From positions 8,167 through 72,166 of the IMG/VR virus record IMGVR_UViG_3300014826_000005: a stretch of 64,000 nucleotides of DNA, one strand, 5' to 3'. This document shows, piece by piece, positions 57,746 to 64,000 of this stretch. Within the stretch, counting starts at the first letter, position 1; each line of letters opens with the position of its first letter. Both the position numbers and the translations under genes were made by a program. This DNA is from a virus. Its lineage: Duplodnaviria; Caudoviricetes. The notes under the pieces are model-generated. The model did no database searches. It was not told the origin of the DNA and saw only the letters and a program-made list of their open reading frames with translations.

Positions 57746-58820
57746 ATCCAACGATGTTCTCTTTATATTTATGAAGTTTTTTGTCATAGTGTTCATTAAA
57801 ACGATACTTAACAACATTTTCACTAATTAATACTTTATTGGTAAATTGTCTTACAACAGTGTAGACATCAATACCAAAAATTTCTCGTTGATTAAAGATA
57901 GGTGCATTATTTGCGTTACTCTCTAATACTTTCGCCTTTACATAGACATAGAGTTTTGCATAAAGATCAATCTTTGTTCTTGTATAATACACCATTTGCC
58001 CTTCATTATTAATAAAATAATAATACTTATCTTTACCAATAATTGTAGGTTCAATTTGATTATCTTTCACAAATTTCATAACGTCTTCTTCAGGAATTTC
58101 ATCTTGAATGATATTACCCGTTGTATCATCGAGTTCATAAGTTGAAGCATATCCAAATAAATCAAATAACCTTCTATAGAACTTAAAAATGATATCACTA
58201 TCTTTTTCTAATTTGATACTATTCAATTGAATATAGTGAAAGATAGCTGGAGACATAATTTTCATTGAGAATGAAATCTGTAAAAGAATCTTAATATGTT
58301 GATTTGTAAATTCCAATGATTCCAAATGTTTCTTTTGTTTTAAATACTTTTGTTTTTCTGTTGTATTGGATTCAATATCATCCAAATAGTTTTCTTCAAC
58401 CATACGAATGATTTTCTCAATCATTGTATCTGTGAACATGACTTCATAGATAAAATCTATATAAGCCATCATATTTTCTTTATTAAATACTTTTTGCTTA
58501 TCTAAAGCAAATTTGATTTTTAGATAAGCTAATACCAGTTCATCTTCAAAATCATAATTATTAATAAAGAAATTCGTATAAGATGTAATAATATCAAGTT
58601 GATTAATGTAAGATTCTTTCCCTATTAGGAATCGTTCATAAGGCTTAAGTCTATCGACAAAATCCTTTTCTCCTTTTTTATGTCCTAATTCAGGATATAA
58701 TTTTGCATTAAATACTTTTGAGAAATGACAGACAAATAATTTACCGTCTCTCTCCACAATAATTTGTGATGGCGTTGGCTTCCACGTATTAATTTTAGAA
58801 GTCCTTTTTTCAATTTCCAT
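57746..58820 (-). CDS. Exon 1 of the probable non-virion RNAP specificity subunit; spliced product 602 aa
   Basis: Early promoter; two genes from the chaperonin, as gp226 and gp228 are in AR9; junction ENIVG-F-NKTII. Confidence 0.6.
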
Positions 58821-58880
58821 TGGTAGATGTAACCTCGCTTTCCCTTTCTTTTCACAATATACTATTTTTAAATAGCCAAT

Positions 58881-58890
58881 AGATAATATA
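58881..58890 (-). promoter_or_regulatory. Early-type promoter motif TATATTATCT
   Basis: Recurrent motif. Confidence 0.6.
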
Positions 58891-58900
58891 TAAACAATAG

Positions 58901-59713
58901 CTATTTTCTCGTTGTCTTTTTTCCTCCTATTTTTTTCATGACATGTTGACCACCATTACGTTTTTTAATAATACGAATGCTTGACGACTCATTATTACCT
59001 TTATGTGTTGAAAATACTTTCTGTATTTTATTAATATTACGCTGTGTTTTACGTTTACCTTCGTCAGTAATATTTTTACGTAATTTCTTTTCTTCATTCA
59101 TCAAAGCTTGGTCTAATTTAATTGATTTAAAATCAGAAATTTCTCTAAAAAATGTATCCGATTTTACACGCTTTAAATGATCAAGATAAAAACCTTTACG
59201 AAGATATTTAAATTCATTTCGTATTAAGTATTCACATGCTAAATAAATACTTTTATCATACCATCTTTTCATAGTAGGATTTGTTTTTGTTGGTGGAACA
59301 TCAATATAGTCAGGATCAAGCTTATCATATAAGGTTTCAATAAGCATACTATTTTGTTTATAGATATAAGCATATGTATACATAAATGATGGACTGTTGG
59401 AATAGAATTGAACATTGTATAATGTCAATGTTCCACCATTAAGAACACTTTCGTTATCACTATAAAATCGTATAACGACATCATAGTAGTAATGATCCTT
59501 ACCATTTGTTGTTTGAGATTCTGAAGGTACTTTTATATGGAAGTAATAAGAATCTTCAATCTGACAAGTGGCATTAATATGAATTTTTCCTTCTCCATTT
59601 AATTTCTTAAATGTGTTGGAATAATTTTGCATAGTTGGAATATCAATAGATGAACCCATCGGTTTTTTAATAAAATCAAAAATATTTTGACCTTTAATGG
59701 GTGGCATAATCAT
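58901..59713 (-). CDS. Hypothetical protein with a basic C-terminal tail
   Basis: 270 aa, GAGGTG RBS. Confidence 0.8.
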   Translation of the reverse strand: MIMPPIKGQNIFDFIKKPMGSSIDIPTMQNYSNTFKKLNGEGKIHINATCQIEDSYYFHIKVPSESQTTNGKDHYYYDVVIRFYSDNESVLNGGTLTLYNVQFYSNSPSFMYTYAYIYKQNSMLIETLYDKLDPDYIDVPPTKTNPTMKRWYDKSIYLACEYLIRNEFKYLRKGFYLDHLKRVKSDTFFREISDFKSIKLDQALMNEEKKLRKNITDEGKRKTQRNINKIQKVFSTHKGNNESSSIRIIKKRNGGQHVMKKIGGKKTTRK

Positions 59714-59721
59714 TCACCTCT

Positions 59722-61851
59722 CTAGAAATTATGCTTACCTGTTACAACCATCTGATTACCAGCAATAAGTAGAGAAATCAAATCAATAGTTGCTGTTAAA
59801 ATTTCTTCATCTGTCTGAGCACTATTAATAACGTCTGAAGAATATTCAAAACGGGAAACATCAAAAACCTTATCTGTAATAATAGAATAGTCAATAAGGA
59901 CATCTGTTAAACGAATTTCATATAAGCCTTCTTTATTCTTTTTAGCATCTAAACGAATAGCTTCATCCAAATGCTTTCTATCAAAAAGCTTACTCATGAT
60001 ATCTTCACCTCTCCAATTAGAGAAGAATTGAATCACATCGTTTTGAATATCATCAATAGAAACACCTGTAAAAATTTCATCATCAAATGCATTGATAATG
60101 ACAGTACGATAGACATCTTTAAATCCTTTATAAAGAATATCATAAAGTTTGTAGTTAATGTCATCTTCTTTAAAATCATCACGTAATTTCTTAATCGTTC
60201 TAATAAGAGTTAAGTTACATCCTTTAATAACGCCATTGTTATAAGCAGAAGACGCTGCTTTAATGGCATCATCAACGGAGTCTTTTAGCATCTTTTGAGA
60301 GAGCTCACTATCTCCACCTACTTCAATAGAACCCATCTTTAAACGTAATGAATAAAGTCTTTCTTGAGCTTGTGAGACTTCAATATTGAATGTCCCTAAT
60401 TTAGAATACTTTTTAACAGCTGCATCATATACATCTTGAGCATCAGATAATGTAATCTTGTAACGTTCTTTATCAAATACCATATTTGTAAACTGTGATG
60501 TTTTTAATCCAAGTTCACATTCTTTAACGTATCCTAAATTGATATAGTCATCGATTAATTGATAATCTTCAATATCATTAATAGCACTATAACCTTTTAC
60601 TGTTTGTAAATCAGCATCATCTGTATATAATATACCTCTCTGGACAGTTGTATCATCTCCTGTATAAAGAGCAACACGTCTTAATCCTTCAATAGGTCTC
60701 TTATCAATATTGAATATTTGAGAAATACCATATCCCTTACTGATATTTTCAATAATAGATGATTCTAATGCTTTATCAATGATAGTTGTATTCATAAGCA
60801 TAGCGAAGTCACTAATAAGTCTTCGTGTATGTGCTGAAATAGCTTTATAAGTTGTTAAAACCATTACCAAGTCATGATTCTTTTTGTATTCATTATTCAT
60901 ATCAACAGAAATAACTTGTTGAATAGCTTTTTCATCATAAACAGGAGCTGCAACAATTAAATGTCTACCTCTTGTTTTACTTTCTAAAGCCAATGGTTTT
61001 AAAATTTCCTTATAAACTTCAGCCGTAATTTTTGTACCAAAAATAATAACATCACTATCTTTAAGTGACATTGTGTTATTATCATTATTGATATATAATT
61101 TATCATTTAAAGATAAATTGTATTTATATCCTGTGATAAGTTTTTTTCTTGTCACACCATCAGGAGATAATGAACATGTAATAGCAGGTGTACCAAGTTC
61201 TTTATATAAATCAGTAATATACTCTGTAATAAGAGGATCAGCATTACTTGATATATAAACGACCTTTCTAATATTTTCAGCCATTTCATTAATATCATCA
61301 CTCTGAATAGATTGAATTTGTGGTTTCATATTCAGAATAATAGCTTCTTTAATTAATTCATATAATCGTAAAATATCTCTAGGAAGTAAATAAAGTTTTT
61401 TAAAATCATCTCTACTTTTACGATAATTACGATAAATACTATTTGTTGCAATGATAGCACTTGTTGTACCATCACCAACGATATAATTTAAACGTCCACA
61501 AATATCACCAGCCATATCTGCAATAGCTTGGTCAACTTTTGTTTCACTTGCATCTAAAGAAAGATTTTTCATAATAGTATAACCATCTTTTGTGACGTGA
61601 GAATAAGGATAGTTATAAATAATCGTTGGTGCTCCATAAGGACCAAAAGACTTTGATAAAGCATCCCATAATAAATGGAAGACTTTTTCAATACGATCTT
61701 CAAAATCTTCTTTAGGAATAATATTTAATCTTGGATCTTTTTTAAAAAGAGGTCTACGAGGTATAGGCGCGCAGTCAACGTCATCATAATTACGAGTACG
61801 ATTGTCCTCTCTTAAATTTTCGTCTGTTTTCTTAATATTTGTCGTATTCAT
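59722..61851 (-). CDS. groEL: Phage chaperonin (GroEL-like)
   Basis: SFGPYG, VTKDGYTI, GDGTTSAII, VGGDSE, DAIKAA...GV..G. Confidence 0.88.
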   Translation of the reverse strand: MNTTNIKKTDENLREDNRTRNYDDVDCAPIPRRPLFKKDPRLNIIPKEDFEDRIEKVFHLLWDALSKSFGPYGAPTIIYNYPYSHVTKDGYTIMKNLSLDASETKVDQAIADMAGDICGRLNYIVGDGTTSAIIATNSIYRNYRKSRDDFKKLYLLPRDILRLYELIKEAIILNMKPQIQSIQSDDINEMAENIRKVVYISSNADPLITEYITDLYKELGTPAITCSLSPDGVTRKKLITGYKYNLSLNDKLYINNDNNTMSLKDSDVIIFGTKITAEVYKEILKPLALESKTRGRHLIVAAPVYDEKAIQQVISVDMNNEYKKNHDLVMVLTTYKAISAHTRRLISDFAMLMNTTIIDKALESSIIENISKGYGISQIFNIDKRPIEGLRRVALYTGDDTTVQRGILYTDDADLQTVKGYSAINDIEDYQLIDDYINLGYVKECELGLKTSQFTNMVFDKERYKITLSDAQDVYDAAVKKYSKLGTFNIEVSQAQERLYSLRLKMGSIEVGGDSELSQKMLKDSVDDAIKAASSAYNNGVIKGCNLTLIRTIKKLRDDFKEDDINYKLYDILYKGFKDVYRTVIINAFDDEIFTGVSIDDIQNDVIQFFSNWRGEDIMSKLFDRKHLDEAIRLDAKKNKEGLYEIRLTDVLIDYSIITDKVFDVSRFEYSSDVINSAQTDEEILTATIDLISLLIAGNQMVVTGKHNF

Positions 61852-61876
61852 TATTTTATTCTCCTTTAAAATAAGT

Positions 61877-61888
61877 TAAAAGTGTGTT
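61877..61888 (-). promoter_or_regulatory. Late-type promoter AACA-N6-TA
   Basis: AACAcactttTA upstream of the chaperonin. Confidence 0.6.
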
Positions 61889-61904
61889 AATTATAGTATA
61901 TAAA

Positions 61905-62648
61905 TTAAGATGCTGTAAGATTATCAAATGTGTCAAATTTAAACACATGCTTTTCTCGTAATTGATCAATATTAATATTATATTGATTCTTATTATAGTT
62001 ATATCCGAAGTACTCAGCTAGGACGATTGATGAGTAATCTAATAAATTTGCATCCATAACACTAGTAATATTGTTGATATTAGAAAATACAAAAGTGGAA
62101 TTTGACGATATTTTATTTTCAACCAATAACTGTTGGAGGTCAAGACCAAAAACGTAATTTGCTTTAGATCCGAAGGATTTATCAACATCATCTCTTATAG
62201 CATTATTTTCAAATTCGCTCCATATATAAATCTTTTTGACCATAGATTGCTGAGCAAAAATAGATAGACTATTAAAGAAATTTAAATGACCTTTTAAAAA
62301 AATATCAGGATAGGATTGAATCTCTTGATTAATAAAGACATCGCACCATTTATAGAAACCAACAATATCGTTTTTAAAAGTATTTTCTAATATACCTTTT
62401 TTTAAAGGTATATTCCATAAAATATTCTTATAATTGCGAGAATAATACCATTCAAATAATTCATCCGTATCATATGATGTAAATATTTCAAATTGAAAGA
62501 AATCAGATAATGCTTTTGTTTCTAGTAATACTTGAAGAATCATGAATGATGGTGAACGTAAAACATCATCATATTCGATAAATAAACAATCGGTGTTTAA
62601 AAATGGGGAGTTATAAGAAGTAAATAGAATTTTTTCTTGTTGATCCAT
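61905..62648 (-). CDS. Hypothetical protein (possible degenerate HAD-like fold)
   Basis: 247 aa, AGGAG RBS; LFIEYDDVL near the N-terminus. Confidence 0.65.
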   Translation of the reverse strand: MDQQEKILFTSYNSPFLNTDCLFIEYDDVLRSPSFMILQVLLETKALSDFFQFEIFTSYDTDELFEWYYSRNYKNILWNIPLKKGILENTFKNDIVGFYKWCDVFINQEIQSYPDIFLKGHLNFFNSLSIFAQQSMVKKIYIWSEFENNAIRDDVDKSFGSKANYVFGLDLQQLLVENKISSNSTFVFSNINNITSVMDANLLDYSSIVLAEYFGYNYNKNQYNINIDQLREKHVFKFDTFDNLTAS

Positions 62649-62671
62649 TTCTAAAATCTCCTTTCTCTATT

Positions 62672-62989
62672 ATGAAAGGGTTGAATCATTTATATATTAT
62701 TTATTGGATATTTATACACAAAGGAGGATATAGAAATATGTATATTATCAAAACTAATGGAATTGAAGAAAAGTATTCTGGATTTACAGAATCATTATCG
62801 ATGTATTTATCATATGTAAATGTGAAGAGAGGAAAATCTGTTTGTGCACGTGATGATTATACGAATCATATTATTAACGCCTTTAAAAGAATTTATGAGG
62901 AATATATTAAAATAGGTTCATGTAAAGAAGTTATAGAAATTCATAGTAATGATGATTTAGGCATTTCTATCTTTTATACACGTAACTAA
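62672..62989 (+). CDS. Hypothetical protein
   Basis: Likely start MYIIK after GGAGG (62738). Confidence 0.65.
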   Translation: MKGLNHLYIIYWIFIHKGGYRNMYIIKTNGIEEKYSGFTESLSMYLSYVNVKRGKSVCARDDYTNHIINAFKRIYEEYIKIGSCKEVIEIHSNDDLGISIFYTRN

Positions 62990-63003
62990 TTGGTATTATA
63001 TTA

Positions 63004-63264
63004 TTGAGAGGAAGAAAAATGAAAGAGTTAACAATTACACTTAACGAAAAGCAAATTAATAGATTACGGGAAGAATTTAGAGATATTAGAAAATCTTACT
63101 TAGAGCGTGAAGAAGAATTACGTAAAAATAGCTTTTCATTTTATGGTAGTACATTTTTAGAAAAACTCAGTTTCTATTGGGCTTTAGCTCGTCTACAAGA
63201 ATTTGATGATATAATGAATATGCTTGGTGTTAATAAATCCGAATTGCTTGGTGACATTAGATAA
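63004..63264 (+). CDS. Hypothetical protein
   Basis: Likely start MKEL after GAGG. Confidence 0.65.
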   Translation: MRGRKMKELTITLNEKQINRLREEFRDIRKSYLEREEELRKNSFSFYGSTFLEKLSFYWALARLQEFDDIMNMLGVNKSELLGDIR

Positions 63265-63299
63265 TAACACCAATTCAAAAAAGTAGAGGGGAAAAGAAA

Positions 63300-63791
63300 A
63301 TGTACAGAATTACAAAAAAATCTATTGATGTTAATTATAACATGGAAGCTGAGTTATATGATTTAGAAATGATATTGGAGAGATATATAACGGATGAATC
63401 ATTAAAAGAAATAGCAAGAAAAAATAATGAGGAATCTTCACGAACATTGATTTTATACGCTATAGAAAATAGTACCAATGGTATTAATATTATCAATATT
63501 TATAAATTTGGTAATAATGAAATACAAAATAAAAAATTATTTAAAATCATTAATATTGAAGATGAATCTCATAAAAATATTAATGTACTTATTACTTATG
63601 ATAAAGAATGGGTGTATAGTGAATTAATGACAGAAATTGTTCAACACTGTCCTCATTATAAAATTAAAAGATTGGATCCTAATGAATCTCATGTTATTAA
63701 TAGACATTTTACATTGTCAGCTAGAGGACATGAGAATAATTTTAATAGTGTGAAAAATATTATTAATTTTGATTTAAAAGGATTATTATAA
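63300..63791 (+). CDS. Hypothetical protein
   Basis: 163 aa, GAGGGG RBS. Confidence 0.7.
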   Translation: MYRITKKSIDVNYNMEAELYDLEMILERYITDESLKEIARKNNEESSRTLILYAIENSTNGINIINIYKFGNNEIQNKKLFKIINIEDESHKNINVLITYDKEWVYSELMTEIVQHCPHYKIKRLDPNESHVINRHFTLSARGHENNFNSVKNIINFDLKGLL

Positions 63792-63813
63792 AAAAATTAT
63801 CAAACTTTTTTTA

Positions 63814-64000
63814 TTAAATATCATTATTGTAATTATAACCATCATCATAATAATCATATTGATTATTATAACTTTTAATTTCGTCTAAATTTAATATTCT
63901 TAATCTGCTATTTAAAAGGCTTTTTATACTCGAAAATTGATAAAATTGCATTTGTAAAGTCAATTCTTCATAATATTTATTATTGTGTAAATTTATAGTA
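63814..64000 (-). CDS. 3' end of a gene entering from beyond the window (...LNLDEIKSYNNQYDYYDDGYNYNNDI)
   Basis: Stop-free frame from 63999 to TAA at 63814. Confidence 0.5.
   Translation of the reverse strand, partial: TINLHNNKYYEELTLQMQFYQFSSIKSLLNSRLRILNLDEIKSYNNQYDYYDDGYNYNNDI

Noticed and set aside
1-64000. tRNA, tmRNA, rRNA, CRISPR array, IS element
   Set aside because: No cloverleaf or T-loop signatures, no regularly spaced repeat-spacer array and no transposase motifs were found by eye; tRNAscan-SE or ARAGORN would be the definitive check.

Overview
A strongly AT-rich segment of a jumbo myophage genome, standard genetic code, organised like the AR9/PBS1 and phiKZ-related phages that carry their own multisubunit RNA polymerase. 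The host is probably a Firmicute (inference from the AGGAG(G) RBS motifs and the Amidase_3 lysin). It encodes an RNAP beta-prime N-terminal subunit, a probable non-virion RNAP specificity subunit, portal, tail tube and sheath, large terminase, baseplate-like proteins, a tubulin/FtsZ-like protein, GyrB/GyrA-like topoisomerase subunits, major capsid protein, prohead protease, amidase, tail fibres, a GroEL-like chaperonin and IF-1. Main discoveries read from the DNA: (1) a shufflon-like multiple-inversion locus at the 3' end of the 1417-aa tail fibre. A 10-bp core (WATAGCAATA) occurs in frame in the fibre gene and at the start of five start-less alternative C-terminal cassettes, arranged back-to-back around three 38-bp palindromes. 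No recombinase is recognisable in the window. (2) Two closely related ORF-less group I introns that split terL and the probable RNAP specificity subunit. (3) A candidate structured ncRNA of about 290 nt with its own promoter and terminator. (4) Two promoter motifs (TAYATTATCT, early-like; AACA-N6-TA, late-like) and several unannotated micro-ORFs. All protein calls come from motif recognition only; no database search was run.
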